Shown: in pieces, positions 37,068 to 52,696 of the stretch
How the letters are laid out: each line of letters starts with the position of its first letter
Numbering within the stretch: position 1 is the stretch's first letter
Source: Chrysomallon squamiferum
Lineage: Eukaryota; Animalia; Mollusca
Direction: 5' to 3'
Assembly: GCA_012295275.1 (NCBI GenBank)
Contig: CM022677.1
Coordinates: forward strand, 1,426,001 to 1,490,000
Length of the DNA stretch: 64,000 nt
Notes under the pieces: generated by a model
The model's database searches: none
Seen by the model: only the letters and a program-made list of their open reading frames with translations
Told to the model about the DNA's origin: nothing
Position numbers and translations under genes: made by a program

Positions 37068-38080
37068 CTGAACAAATTTCTGATCGATAATTTCTTACAA
37101 AGGTGTAATTTCTTTTTAACTCTACTATTGATCACAGAGATCAGGGATCTATAAATAAATAAATAAAATGACACAAATTAAAACGAAGTAATCAGATACA
37201 GCATAAACTACAAAACGATACATTGAACTCTACAGATACCGGACCAATTATCCGGCGTCCTGAAATACAGAAAGACCAGAAAACCAGAACTTTTTCACGA
37301 CGTAATTTTCATACTTTGCTCGCGCGGGTTCTGTCCTCACCAGACCGTAACTGCTCTTTCAAGCCGCATGCTGTTCATTCACTCGCCGCATTGTTTATGT
37401 GTCGAGTCGGCACAGTTGTGTATCGTCAATTTTCTTTTTTTATTTATGTTTTAATTATAAAATGTTTCTGCCTAATTATTTAGGAAGTTAGATGCCTTGA
37501 TATCAGAAAACCGGAAGATCCAGAAATCCGGAATGCCTCAGGCCCCATGAGTCCCGATAATTGGTCCGGTACCTGTATTTAGGTGATACTATTACAACTA
37601 CTGCTACTGCAACTGGTACTATTACTACTAATAGAATAATAATATAATGACGATATTATTATTATTTTTATTTCTTCTTATTTTTTGTATTTATTAATGT
37701 TGTTGTTTGTGTTCTTATTATTAAATATTCTTCGGTATTTATCATAAACCAGTGTGTTAGGTATAAAAAAAAATTAAAAAAAATAAAAAAAATACCGCAT
37801 TTAACAAAATTCCACCAAAAATGTATACCCTTGACAAAATAGATTACAAGTCCAATATGTCTGATCTGATTTAAGCAAAGTAATAATAGTACGCATTATA
37901 TTAAATTGCAATAAATTACAAAATACGTTCAAAATTTAAAACGGCCGTCTACTTGTGAAAGTGCGTACTTGTTTGTGAGTGTTTTCCTGAAACTGACAAC
38001 GTCCAGTTTGACAGGTCACTGAAACATCTTCTGTTTATCGCTGTTTACAATGTCATCTGCTCATAAACACGTGACTGAAA
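37068..38080 (-). promoter_or_regulatory. Putative promoter and non-coding 5' exons upstream of BTB copy 2
   Basis: CACGTG 38068-38073, TTCAGT ~38020, donor at 37926, exon 37148-37068 bounded by TATAG| and CAG|GTAAGT. A further copy lies at 39125-39720. Confidence 0.45.
37233..37575. mobile_element. Tc1/mariner-superfamily (pogo/Tigger-like) MITE, 343 bp
   Basis: TIRs CAGATACCGGACCAATTATCCGG / CCCGATAATTGGTCCGGTACCTG, with TA on both sides (37231-37232, 37576-37577). Confidence 0.9.
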
Positions 38081-39000
38081 TCAGATCAAGCTGTGGAAAG
38101 ATTTTCAGCGATGTTTAAATGTACTGTTTTCTATTGTTGTTCAAGTTGGAAAATTGGTCCTAACTTATTTAATAAGCCACGGATTGCAATTTACGTTATA
38201 TCTACTTTTAGAATCCGCTTGTAACTATTTCATTTTTTACTCATTATAATATTTTATATTATTGTACTATTAACATACAGTTTTCGAAAGTATCTGTAAT
38301 ACAGTCTAACATCTCGTAATCAACCTGTATGTACACTAAAGTAAGTAAATATATTGCCCATTCATTTCTACAAATATTCCTAACATTAATTAAATACGAA
38401 ATTTTCTACATTTATGTACAACAACCAAATTAATTCCAATAAACGAAATAAAAAAGAAAATAGAAAATGATACAAGTATATGACACAGTATAATTACTAA
38501 ATTCTTCATACACAAGTTCCAGAAATCAGAAAGATAACTATAATTTTGTTATCAGACAATATATTTTCAAGTCAGGCTGTACGTAATGTTTTTAAACTCA
38601 ATTTGAAAAAAACACCTCACGATATAATGATCTATTTGTTAGAGAACTAACTCTGATATAAGTAAACGTAATGAAACTAAAAACAGTCGAAACGTTAAAA
38701 CATAACAAAGTATAATATATCATACATTTTCGATATGACCGACGTTTTTTACTTTTGCTTTGTTTACTTTTAATTATCAAAATCCTCCACTGATAAACAC
38801 GTGACTAACGTCAAACATCTCTACGTCATCAAGTGTCACTGTATTGGGTTTAAATGTCAGATTAAAACAAACAAATCATGTTACGAGACATGTACACTCA
38901 TCTTACAAGCAAATTTCCTTAAATAGGTTAATTAATTATTTATGTAGTCCTATTATATTGCATTGTATATATCTGTGTTATAAAAAGTCCAATAATAATA

Positions 39001-39080
<80 letters not shown>

Positions 39081-41991
39081 GAAAAACAAGTGTAACTATT
39101 AATTTAAAACGATATCGGTGTCAAACTGGACAATTTCTTAGAAACGACTACATTCTGTTTAACGATTCTATTATAAATCAGTGATGTTAGATATAAATAA
39201 ATAAGTAAAATAAAATAAAACAAAACAAATACATAAAACATAATAAAGCAAATAAAGTAAACAGACAAAAATATGCATTAGATGCAGTTAGCACATAGAA
39301 CTATGTCAGAATGATGATGATGAACATGATGACCATGATGAAGATGATGACCATGATAATGATGATAATTGAATTAGTTTAACACTACTACTACTACTAA
39401 TACTGTTACAACTACTACTACGTCCGCTCCAGACATATAAACACTTATACATTGATGAACAAACCGACACTGAAATAATCGTTTACGTTCTACCGACTCA
39501 TTTAACAACAGGATTAATTGTGGCTGATTACTTTAAACAAACTAACAGAAATACATTACATGTTAAGAACATATCAGATACCTTCAAATGCCTTCAAATT
39601 TCAAAATGGCTGTCTTCTTGTGTCAAACACGTCCTTGTCTCTGAGTTGTTTAGCTGGAACTGAAAACTTATTTTTTGTTGTTAGCAACCGTCTGCTCAGA
39701 AAACGTGACTGAAATCAAATGTCGTACAAGTCGCCCTGCAAGTGTAAGACCGCTGTATTATGTTTACTATTCAAATGTATTTAGCAATTCAACTAACAGG
39801 TGTTTCTGTTGACGAAACACAGAAAGAGATCTATTCATCATCATTCATAACACGTCTCAATAACGGTTATTGCTGTACTTGGCGGTTTTCGTAATTCCCC
39901 GAGAAGAACAAATTTGTAAAAAAAGAAATATCTCTTCATTAATGTACAAATACATTTCTTGAGAATGGAAACGTGATTCTATAAGATAATTTGATAACTG
40001 ACGTAATACATCTCAGATTTTTAAACATCTAAAACTTTATTAAGCCTAATTAAACATCTAAACGTTTATTTGTATTTTATGAGTTCAACAAATTTATATC
40101 ATCTAACAATAGTGAAATTGATATCCTTTGTCATTTTACATTAATACTATATCATTTAAATTATTACTTATTCATATTAAGAAATACTGATGACAAATTC
40201 TGGTAATTGTAAGAAATTTTCAATTCCGATTCTGTTTACAAAATAATTAATTTAAAATTCAAGTTCAAAATATAGTCAGTAAATGAAAAATAATAGCTGA
40301 ACACCCAAACATGTATACATTGTTTTTTTCTTTTTAATCCCTGGTTCATGAGTTACTGGAAAACAGATCTCTCCCAAAACATCTGCATTATATAAAACAC
40401 GCTTTATCAGGAAGCAACTAATACACACTGATCAACGTCTAGTTGGTGGCCCTATAAACAAAACACATTTAACTATAATGGATTCAAGTATTCACAAAAA
40501 TGTAAGTCTTTACTGTTTAGATGAAAAAAGAATAATTTATTATCGGTTTTCGAGGTCGTGAAATTTACAGTACTTTGACTAAACTTCTGTGCACTCATTA
40601 CTACAGCAGACTATTATAAGAGTTCGTGTGAAGGTAAATATAGTAATCAGAGTAATACGTACTTTGTACTATTTCTCGGTTGTATCGAAGCAAATGGAAC
40701 ACTTAAACACATTCGAAATAATTACATCACAGCGGTCAGTCTGTCACGTGTGCATCAGTAACAGTGACAATGTTTTTATGTTTGCCATCGTAGTCGAAAG
40801 CAAATGCAAAAACTTTTCATATACTGGTTGGAACGGGTGATAGATCATAATAAAAATTAAATAAGAAGGCAGGAACGAATGAAAAAACGAAAAATGAAAG
40901 GAAGGAAAAAAGAATGGAAAAAGCGGAAATGAAGGAGTAAAAAATGTATTATTATTATTGTTATTATTATTATGATTATTATTATTATCACTATCTCTAT
41001 TATTATTATTATTGTTGTTGTTATTATTATTATTATTATTACTACAATTATTAGTATTATTATTATCACCATCACTATTATTATTATTATTATTATTATT
41101 GTTGTTGTTGTTATTATTATTATTATAACTACTACTACTACTACTATTAATGTTTGTTTGTGGTGAAAACATGGCCACCTAAGCTTCAATCTCAAGTAGG
41201 CAGAGAGTGAATTTATTTGAATGTATTATTATTATTATTAAATTGTTTCTTATTTAAAATAAGTACGACTCATAACAGTGTACCTTTGTAACGTCTGATA
41301 AAAAACCATCACGATATAAACGAGTGATATAAAAGGCTAAGAAAAGCAGAAACACGATAAGTTCAGTTATTCATAAAAAGGCTTTTAGAACACTGTTATT
41401 GTAATGCTTTTGAAGCAGTCTGGTTCGATGTTAAAATGTGTATTGACAATACGGGTAAAGAGAGCGCTACAGGTGGGAGAAATGGTGTAGAAAACAGGTC
41501 ATGACAGACATAAAGAGGGTTGTAAGATGAAGCCAAAAGAGGGTTCTTAGGGTGTTGAGTTAGTTTATTGAGTGTTTCAAACAGGTTTCTCCTTCAGCAT
41601 CAAATTCCACATATTTCAGAGATTGGTGAGTTGTAGAGGGTAGTGTTAATTCAGGGTGGTTTTTAAACAGGATATTATTCATACAGGATACTATTTATAG
41701 GAATTACTATTTAAATCTTTATATTTAACCTTAAACAAATACTAATACCATCCCCGAATTAACTCTAAATATAATAAAGTGTCTCATATACTTATCTGAA
41801 TGTTAGCTCTACATCTGTGCACCTAAGTCTGTGATTAAGTTTCTGATTAATTTCGTCTCACTGTCTGTCCATAGCCTAAACCCTAATCCTAACACCTCCC
41901 CCACTATCACCCTAGACTTAATACTATCCTAACACATTTCTTAACATAATCCAACCATAACCCTGTACCCAATCAGTTTCGACAGAAAATA

Positions 41992-42054
<63 letters not shown>

Positions 42055-43876
42055 ATTTTAATAATAAATAATAATAATAACAATAGTTATAACAATAACA
42101 ATAAAATGTAAATATATATATATATATATATATATCTAAGTTGTAAAAAATAAAATAAATTATTTTCATGAATCTAACTGGTGAATGTATGAACGAATGA
42201 ATGAAACTTGAGTGAAAGAATAAGAAATCAACTGATTGAAAATGAAAAAAATCAATTAAATCATAGTATAAAATTTGTTTCGTATTATTCTTGTATTCAA
42301 TCCAAATAAATTTTATTGTGTCGTAGAAAAATAAAATTAAACTTCGTTACATTGTTTTATCATCTAAACAGTTTTCACATCTCTTGTTACATACACTACA
42401 TTACATACCACGATTTTTACACACCATTCTTTCGTAGTGACCTCAGAGTCTCCAAGAAGAGTTGAACCAACGACCTGATTGTTTTCCAGTTCAGCAATGG
42501 CTGCAGAACTGATGTATGAAATACCTGTTTTCAACGGTCTTTAAATAGGTATGTATAAAATATTGTTTACTTCTAAACTGTAGAGCAGTTAGAATAGCTT
42601 TCTCCTGTCTATAAAATAACTATGGGTTTCAAGATTAACATTTGTCATAATACAAGTGTTAAGAAATGTTTTACAATATCAAAGCGATTCATGTCGAACA
42701 TTAGAATTTATTGCACACGCAGACACAACGTGTCGTGGGAGAGAGATCTTTTTATTTTATATCAAAAACAGAATACAACGACGACTACCTTCATTTTATG
42801 TGTAATGAGTGAGGAAAACGCAGTGTTATGTAAATAAATGATTCATGTTAAGAATAGAAGCTGTGGCGCGTATTCAGAGAGAGTTAAAACTTGTATTTTT
42901 ACACTGCTCAGTTTCTCTGTTCATTCTAGCTGACTGAACCACAGGTCAGTCGAGAAAGTCGTATTTTTAACAGTTGTAGCGTTTATACAAGAACAGTTGT
43001 GTTTAACTGAGACGAGTATTTCAGTGGGTGTCCGACTGTTTATATAATAGCACACAAGACAAAATAAAAATAATAATAAAAATAATAATAATGATAATGA
43101 TATTACTACTACTACTCCTACTACTACTACTACTAATAATAATAATAATAAAAATGATAATGATAATGACAATAATAATAATAATAATAAAAACAATAAC
43201 AATAATAATAATAATAATAATAATAAATAATAATAATAATGTTTCAAAATTGTAAAATTAATATGAGTTCTCAGAAGGCTTTTGTATGTCATGGTGTAAC
43301 TATGATTCTGCTAAAGCAGGAATAAATTAGCATACATTAACATAAATTGAACTCAGGTAGGTTTCCACCAGGTGTCGTGGGAAGGAACAGTTAATCGTGT
43401 AAAGAAGTCAAATGTCGTTTTGATCTCGAATCTGAAGCACTTCTTCTTTCAGACAATAAAAGTAATAAATGATACTTTCACTGTCACAAAACATGGTGTT
43501 ACAAAAGTTCTGTTGACATTTAGCTGATCTTAGATCTCATGTCGAAAAGCAGAGAATACATGTAAAGAGTTTCACACAGAGAAACAGACTTCAATTCAAA
43601 GCTGTCTCTGATATTCAATACAATACTAAATATGTTCACACAAGCTGACTTGAACAAAAAACAGATTGTTTGGCTGTGAGGATCTGATATATTAAACAGC
43701 GACCCTTATACTAGATTCTAAACGTCTGACAAAACAAATAATATATATATATATACATACATACATACATACATACATTCATACATAGATAGATACATTT
43801 ACTTATCAGTTATATATATATATCAATTCATAAGGAAGCATGTTATGAAGTTTATTTCTAGCTTTACTAATATAAC

Positions 43877-43976
<100 letters not shown>

Positions 43977-44111
43977 AAAACGAAACAAATAATGGTATTA
44001 AACGTTTTATTTACGTTAAAATATTCCGTAATGGAGAGTTATAGAAGATTAATCACAAATCGCGTCCTCAAAATGCAGGCGACAGTCTCTTTCAGAGTTT
44101 CTGCTCGCAAA

Positions 44112-44142
<31 letters not shown>

Positions 44143-44477
44143 TGGAAATATGCACAGAAAGTAAGTATATTTAATAAAATTTGTGTAATGTTCATTCATT
44201 TATTATTTATTATGTCAAAGAAAAATAGTTTATTTAAAGGAGAAAGATTGTCTGGTTTGCGTATGAAACTAAATGTAATATTTATTTTCTTTATATAAAA
44301 TCATCGGAATATTGTACATTATATAACAAACACAGTTTTTTATATATCTATTTGTCAGAAATGAAAAAGAAACATTAAGTTTCAAATAAAATGAAACATA
44401 TATCTGCTTGGCGTCATCTTAAGTACAACATGTCAGTGTTTAATATTTAACCTGTTGAACTGAATTCACCTAATTAT

Positions 44478-44677
44478 NNNNNNNNNNNNNNNNNNNNNNN
44501 NNNNNNNNNNNNNNNNNNNNNNNNNNNNNNNNNNNNNNNNNNNNNNNNNNNNNNNNNNNNNNNNNNNNNNNNNNNNNNNNNNNNNNNNNNNNNNNNNNNN
44601 NNNNNNNNNNNNNNNNNNNNNNNNNNNNNNNNNNNNNNNNNNNNNNNNNNNNNNNNNNNNNNNNNNNNNNNNNNNNN
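44478..44677. other. Assembly gap (200 N)
   Basis: Run of N. Confidence 1.
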
Positions 44678-45024
44678 TGCTCCGTACCTTAGTATTGTGC
44701 GCCAAACACATGTATTTAAAAAATGTCTCTGTTTATTTATGTGTTTATTTAATCTGATTTATATTTATTTCGGCATGCCAGTGATCATCACTTTAAACCT
44801 GCAGGGTTAGTTAACTCACATACACATCATCATGTAAATATAATTATATATCATATGTATAACATACACACTAATATATGTACCTACTACCTGCATGTAT
44901 ACTATTGAATGTTATTTTTAAAAATCGATCCTACTTGTGGTATTATTATAGGTTTTGAGATAACATGGAAACATAATGATGTTTTATATCACTGTCTGAA
45001 CTTAAATCAGTACTTCCACATTTG

Positions 45025-45081
<57 letters not shown>

Positions 45082-45473
45082 ACACACACAGAAAATGAAA
45101 ATAATTAATTGAATGTTGTATCAATATTAATTAACAGACTGATACCATATTAATGGATGTGCTTTAATCTTATGTATTTATTTATAAATTTATCTATTTA
45201 TCTTTTTATGTTTTTGATTACCAATACCATTTATAGTTTTATTCATAATCAGTTACTGATATCATCTACAGTACTTTTGTTTTCATTTTGTTTTTATTCT
45301 TTTTAAGTATATATTAATAATTTTCATATTTTCTCTTATTATGTTACAGATATCATCTGAATTGTTTTATTTTGATTTGTTTGTCCCATTATATTTGTAA
45401 AATGATTAAAATATCTTATGACACACTATGTATTTAAATATTTAATTAATTTTAAATTTATTTTTCTCTATAG

Positions 45474-46374
45474 AGGATATGAAACTCTTTCCTGCAGTGA
45501 TGACTTGGGGATGTTCTGTTCTTACACAAACACCTGTAAACAAACAGTTAAATTTGTCACTGTTAATCAAGGACTTAACTCGTTAAAGGTAAGTGTTTAA
45601 AAATTTGTGAAGAACCAATAATATTCTTGTATGAGTGTTAAAGTCAAAGAATGAGGAATTTTCATTCAGTTTACTGTTGTTGTTGTTATTTTCACAGTAT
45701 TTATTATTATAAACTAAATTGTTGTAGGATTCAGGTCAGTGTTATGAACTTAATGGAGAAAAAAAAATCAAAACATTTTTAATCAGCTTATTATTAATGT
45801 TGTTTTTTTGCATCTTCTTGTTCATCTATTATTATTTTTTTATTTTTTTATTTATTATTATTATTATTATCATCATCATCATCATTATATATATATTATT
45901 TGAATAAATATTATTATATGCTATGTTCATTCATGATTTCTCATGTTGCATATAAAACATCCTTTAATTGCCAATGAAGAACTTTCATAGAGGAATTTCT
46001 CTTTGTGCAATTTCTATTCATAAATTTAGTTTTATACTTAAGAAATATTAATGTTTTGGAGAACTGAACATGACATTAAAGGTTCTCTGTAATTGTAATC
46101 ATTCTACATATATGAATCATGATAACCAGTAATATCAAAAAAGTACAGAGATATTATTAAATATTCATTTTTATTCTTATTTATTTACAGCCTTTATAGC
46201 AGAACTTTTTGCTATTTCATCCTGGTTTAACATCTGTAAGTTCTGAAATAAGGAAACTGAAATGAACATAGACTGGACAAAGTTCTGTACCAAAACATCA
46301 TGGAAAGGAACAACCTCCCAAAACTATTGTAAGTTTGTCTTTATTATTATGTTTATTAGATTAATATTATTCTT

Positions 46375-46420
<46 letters not shown>

Positions 46421-46703
46421 GGGAGGATTGTTTAAGAATGTTGGTATGCGAGATAAAAGACATGGAAAATGTTGGATCAGCTCAAGTAAAATTATAATTA
46501 TAATTAACCTTTATGATTTCAGAACATTATTACTCTGTACAACTGACAGAATTAAATATTTTAAAATGTAAGCAGTTGTCACATAATGTTACTAAATAAA
46601 TCCTATCACCTTACTATAAATACTTTAATAATACTGATAAGTAAATAATAAATTAACTTTACAAAATTAAATTCAATATTTATTAAATATGTTGCAGTAG
46701 CTT

Positions 46704-46783
<80 letters not shown>

Positions 46784-47760
46784 CATATGTATCAAGCCAT
46801 ACATTTCAGTATGTATATGTACAAGCACTACCTTTTATTTATTTATCTATTTTCTGTAGTTACTTACCTGTTTCCTTATTTATTTATTTATTCATTTAGT
46901 TTAGTTTATCCACAAAATGGCAAAAGAAATATTTTAGTCACCAGTGCTCTTCCATATATCAGCAGTGTCCCTCACCATGGCAACATCACTGGTTGTGTAG
47001 TCAGTTCTTATGTTTTCTCCAGGTAACAGATTTTATTTTATGTGTTAGAGTTATTTTCCTTTGCAAATTTCTGTTTTATTATTTTAGCTTTTTGAACTAT
47101 TTGTATTGTTATTTTTGTTTGTTTTATTTTAAATAACATATTATGATTTTATTATTTGATTATTAATATTATGGTCTTTACAAAAATTAGTTATATATGT
47201 TATTGTTAGTTCAGTTAATTTTATTATTACTTGATATGTATGTTATTCTTATTACAGTTAATTTTATTATTACTTATTATATATGTTATTACAGTTAATT
47301 TTATTTACTTGTTTTAGTGTGATTATTTCAGAATGTTCAAAGTGTGGCTATCACAATATGAGAGGTCACCAGTGTGATGTATGTGACTCATCAATGCTGT
47401 AGAAATGAAAAACACAAAATATAAATCTTGTAAGTCATTACCAGTCATTAAAACATCACATCAACTATTTTTAGATCTACCAAAGTTAAATCTGATTTGT
47501 TTTTTCTTGATTCATTTGCTGATAAAGTTTGAAATCCTTCTAAACTTTTTTTTTCAGTTAAGTATGTCCATTCTAAAGACTTCAACATTTGTTTGGTGGG
47601 GTATGAATTTAATAGTTAACATTTGTTTATGGTTGTCATTATATAAGAAAATGCTAAATTATTAGAATATTTTAATAAGTAAATAATTTTAAGGGTTTTA
47701 CCAAATAGTAGTATTCAGCTTAATGATAACTGTTCTTATCCATTTGTAAGAGACCGGTGT

Positions 47761-47810
<50 letters not shown>

Positions 47811-48623
47811 ATCCTATATATATTTATTTGTATTTCATCACTGACTTAGAAAACAACTATCTTGATAATGAATTGTTTAAGTGTATGTATGTGGATTGGT
47901 AGATGTGTGTTGGTGTTTGGGTGGGTATATATAACTGTATGTTTGTGTGTATAGGGCTATTATTATAATTTATGTATTTTGTTAATTTTTCAGAGTGTAG
48001 CTGATAAAGTTTTCACCACGAAACCTGGACAATAAATGCTAAACAGACAAGAAATGTTTGTATTGGAGATGGAATGAAACCAAGATGTATCAATTGTGAC
48101 CTGAAGTGGGGGACCCTAGTCCCATTGGAGGGATACACTGACTAAGTATAATCAATTACTTACATTTATATAAAAATAATGATAACTTCCTGTCTTAAAA
48201 AAGTCTTTGTTGTGAATACTGAGCAAAAAATAGTAAAAGAAATATGAATTAGAAAACATCTAAATTGTAAGATACTTTTATAGTATCTGAGCCTATTCAT
48301 GTATGTATTTAATGTTAAATTGAAGATAATAAGCCTGATGTGTAAAATATGATATCCCTAAAATTTGTGAATATAATCCTGGATTCAAGCTTACAATTCA
48401 GGACATACAACTGGCTAAAGATTTATATAATTAATGAAAATATAATAACAAAACATTATGAGTATTTTTCTCTTCTGGTTTAAGAACTGAGAAACATTTA
48501 TTTGTTTCATTATAATTTATGAGTCGTTAAATTTCCAGGTATTCTGTGTTTGGTTTGATGTTACAGTTGACTACATTTCAGTCATAGCTAACTACACAGA
48601 CAGGATAGAAAAATCCATCAAAG
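45474..48623 (+). pseudogene. MARS1: Unprocessed (intron-containing) pseudogene fragment of cytoplasmic methionyl-tRNA synthetase, copy A
   Basis: Exon-like blocks: 46905-47022 [33 protein letters not shown] (HIGH-motif region); ~47318-47485 CSKCGY..RGHQCDVC/LINAVEMK..LFLDLPK (Zn knuckle, frameshifted); 47994-48145 DGMKPRCINCDLKWGTLVPLEGYTD-stop; 48539-48623 VFCVWFDVTVDYISVIANYTD. Weaker matches: 46191-46328 ELFAISSWFN (GST-like domain) and 45474-45588 MKLF start. Confidence 0.88.
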
Positions 48624-49115
48624 GTTTGTTTTGTGTTTTTTATTTCTAGTTTACATTTTTATTTTCTGAAATCAGAATAGCAAAAGACACAAACAATTAA
48701 ATAATCTATAATTTTGTAAGTATGAATAAGATGACATAGCTATGATTATGTTGGTATGTATAATTACTGTGCTTTATCTAAATATTCTGTTTGAAAACAA
48801 TAAGAAATCTTCATTTATTAATGTTCATTTTCAGTCTGTCACTTTATATTTGTTGTCAAGGGAAACCCAGATTTAACATAATTTATTCAGTTTGCTGCTT
48901 TCTTTCTTAGTATCTATATTCATTAGATTCTTTATTTAATTCCAAATATTATATTATAAAATTTGATACAAACAAATGTCCATTTTTTCTTCTTCTTTTT
49001 ATATTATTGTAACTGACAAAAGTAGTAGTATTTCTATGCATCCTCTGACAATAGGTCAAGATTACTGAAGACCAAACTTAACACATTCCATTTTATATTT
49101 ATGTTAATTTATAAA

Positions 49116-49187
<72 letters not shown>

Positions 49188-49189
49188 GT

Positions 49190-49613
49190 CATAAGCAGTG
49201 GATATCTAAATAAAAACATGTACATAAATAAAACGGCAGAAATTGGAATAATCAGCCTAATCGTGAAGCCGCTTTGTCTCTCAAAGGCGAGGTGCGAGCA
49301 GTGTCACCAGAATTACAGTAAAAGTAAACCTGAGCATGTCGAGAAGCCTGATTTGCTTTTACAGATAGATTCTTTGTTCAAGACAGGATTAATGATTATC
49401 ATGCCAGAAGTTCTAATGCATTTTGTACCAAGACTGTAGCAATAATAATAATAATAATACATTTTTCTTCTATATACTAGCTATAATTTTTAATAACGTA
49501 AAATGTTTACTTGTATCTCTATATATAAAAAACAGAAAATTAAAATGTTTACATTGTATCGTCTGTATATATGAAACAGAAAATATAAAGCAAATATAAA
49601 CACTAAAACAGAG

Positions 49614-49646
<33 letters not shown>

Positions 49647-50560
49647 AAATACACACGCTTTAGTAATTATAGTAAGTAAATAAACTACAAATATATGTAA
49701 ATAAGTAAATTTCTCTTTAACCATCCATAATACTCTTTTCACGGAAAAAAAAGCCGATTACTCTTAAAGTTAGTTTGTAAATTTGAGAATTAAAATATTT
49801 AGCTAAGATGAGTTTTGTGTAACAGAGTTTTAAAATGTGTCAGCCTGGGCTGGCTTCTCTCGCTCTTTTCACAGACGTCTGCGGAAATCTAACATATGAC
49901 GTCAGCAAGGAAAACTCGAGTTTGAGGAAGAACAAGCGACAAACGGATGTTCTGCACGGCCCAGCGTTTCCTTTTGATGAACAAGGAGGTCACTGGCGAG
50001 GACCTTTAAACTTTGACCTTGCTTTGTAAAATGCGATAAGCGTTTGATAGCGGGATGTGGTAAAATATTTGTTTCACTTTTGATATCGTCATCATGCTGT
50101 GTAATGTGTGTCATTAAAAGCGTATTTGTTATATATATATATATAATTTCTTTTTCTGTTAAATTAATAAACTTAAAGTGTTATTTTATTATTTATCTAG
50201 TGAATAAGTGTAGTTTTATGCCAACATGATAATTAGCTTTAATTTACTGGTACTAGTCGGTGACAATAACAGTAACAGTAACAACAACAACAACAACGAT
50301 AACAATAATAAGCATTACAGTAATAATCACAACGAAGACAAAAAATTATTATTATAAAGTTTACAAAATCTGATCTTCTTCTGTTTGGATTGTGTTTTTT
50401 GTACAACTTACATTTTGTTAACAGCTGAATTAACATACAACAACATATCTCTGATTCAGTTTAGTCTTCACAGGACGACTAAATTGTAAGGTATATTTTC
50501 TTCTTCTTTTATTATCATATTTTAAATTTGATATTTAAATTATATTAAATGAGGCGATTA
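49190..50560. repeat. Dispersed duplicate of 370-520, 1060-1880 and 9680-10150, lying between the two MARS1 copies
   Basis: Near-identical blocks such as GTGAAGCCGCTTTGTCTCTCAAAGGCGAGGTGCGAGC and TGTCAGCCTGGGCTGGCTTCTCTCGCTC. Confidence 0.9.
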
Positions 50561-50564
50561 CAAT

Positions 50565-50945
50565 CAACACAAGATATCACCGTCCGGCTCATATACACGT
50601 GGATCCCATGAGGTTTTTCGCTTTTTCTTTCAACAACCGGTCCGATTTAACTGACGTAAAAATGGTGCGATCATTATTCCAAAACATGTTACAAATGTAA
50701 TCTTCACTGAAGTACCTGAAATCCGACTGACAGCTTTTCAAAGATATAGTGGTATCTCTTAAATAATCCAGAAATTCAAAGACAAATTGTGTAAGTTATT
50801 CGGCCGCGGTTGTTTTAAGCTTGTCAAACCGAACACTGATAGAGTTATCTCCCTTTTGGGGGCGGAGTTATGATATTGTGCTGAGGTCATTAGGACCGTA
50901 TACATCATGCTTCATACTGTTGTCATCAAATACAGGAGACTTGTA
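50565..50945. mobile_element. Probable non-autonomous insertion element (unclassified)
   Basis: CpG-containing block that interrupts the duplicated module at 50560. Ends are ACAAG.. / ..CTTGT with weak inverted similarity. Confidence 0.3.
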
Positions 50946-51380
50946 TTGTAATGTATGTCAGTATATGCAGCCGTTATTTATGTGTATACACACATATATT
51001 TAAAAATGTCTCTGTTTAGTTATTTGTTTATTTAATCTGATTTATATTTCTTTCAGCGTAAAATGTCAGTGCAGACATTGCTCTGTTTTGTTTATAGCAT
51101 ACGTTGTTGATCATCAAACCTGCAGGGTTAATTAACTCACATACACATAATTATGTAAATATACATACATCCACCCGTCCATTTTTCTTTCTCAAATTAG
51201 TCATTAATTTGTATTTCTAAAACCACAATTATGCACTAATATTTTAAAATCTTCATTATAACCTCTTAATTTACATAAATATTGAGATATTGTTAATATT
51301 GTATTATATTTTATATCTTTTGACACACTGTATATTTAAATATTTAATTGATTTTAAATTTATTTTTCTCTACATTGGAT

Positions 51381-52651
51381 ATGACTCTCTTTCCTGCATT
51401 GAAGACTTAGGGATGTTCTGTTCTTACACAAACACCTGTAACCGAAGTGATTTCAGAACATTATTACTCTGTAGAATTGAGAGAAGCAGTCACAATCTGA
51501 GATTGCTGTAAAACCAAGGGTGAGAAAATTTAAAATTAAATATTTTAAAATGTAAGCAGTTGTCACATAATGTTACTAAACAAATGCTATCACCTTACTA
51601 TAAATAAATTAATAATACTGATAAATAAGTTATTAATAAATTATCTTTATAAAATCAAATTGAAAATTTATTAAATATGTTGCAATAGCTTTAGTAAAGA
51701 GAAAGAGAGAGAGAGTGTGTCTGTGTGTTTGCATATGTATCAAGTCATAAATTTTAATATGTATATGTACATGTACTATATTTTATTTATTTATTTATTT
51801 TTTATAGTTGTTTCCTGTTTCCTTATTTATTTAATTATTTATTTATTTTAGTTTATCCACAACATGGCAAAAGAAATATATTAGTCACCAGTGCTCTTCC
51901 ATATATCAGCAGTGTTCCTCACCATGGCAACATCACTGGTTGTGTAGTCAGTTCTTATGTTTTCTCCAGGTAACACATTTTATTTTATGTGTTAGAGTTA
52001 TCTGCCTTTGCACATTTCTGTTTTATTATTTTAGCTTTTCGAACTACCCAATGTTATTGTAACTTTTGTTTGTTTTTATTTTAAATAACATATTATTAAA
52101 ATGTTATTGAATTCATATTATTAGATTATTACCAAATTACAGTTAGATATGTTATTCTTATTTCAGTTAATTTTATTATTACTTATTATATATGTTATTA
52201 CAGTTAATTTTATTATTACTTGTTTTAGGGTGATTATTTCAGAATGTTCAAAGTGTGGCTATCACTATATGAGAGGTCACCAATGTGATGTGTGTGACTC
52301 ATCAATGCTGTAGAAATGAAAAACACAAAATATAAATCTTGTAAGTCATTACCAGTCATTAAAACATCACAAACTATTTTTAGATTCACCAAAGTTAAAC
52401 TTGATTTGTTTTTTTCTTGATTCATTTGCTGATAAACTTTCAAATCCTAATAAACTTTTTATTTTGTTTTCAGTTAATTATGTATATTATTTGTTTGGTG
52501 TGAATTTAATAGTTAACATTTATTTATGGTTGTCATTATATAAGAAAATGTAAAAATTTTATAATATTTTAATCAGTAAATAATTTTAGGGGTTTTACGA
52601 AACAGTAGTATTCAGCTTAATGATAACTGTTCTTATCCATTTGTATGAAAC

Positions 52652-52696
<45 letters not shown>

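Noticed and set aside
48143-48145. Stop read-through or recoding rescuing MARS1
   Set aside because: Frameshifts, missing exons and the altered HIGH motif make a functional enzyme implausible.
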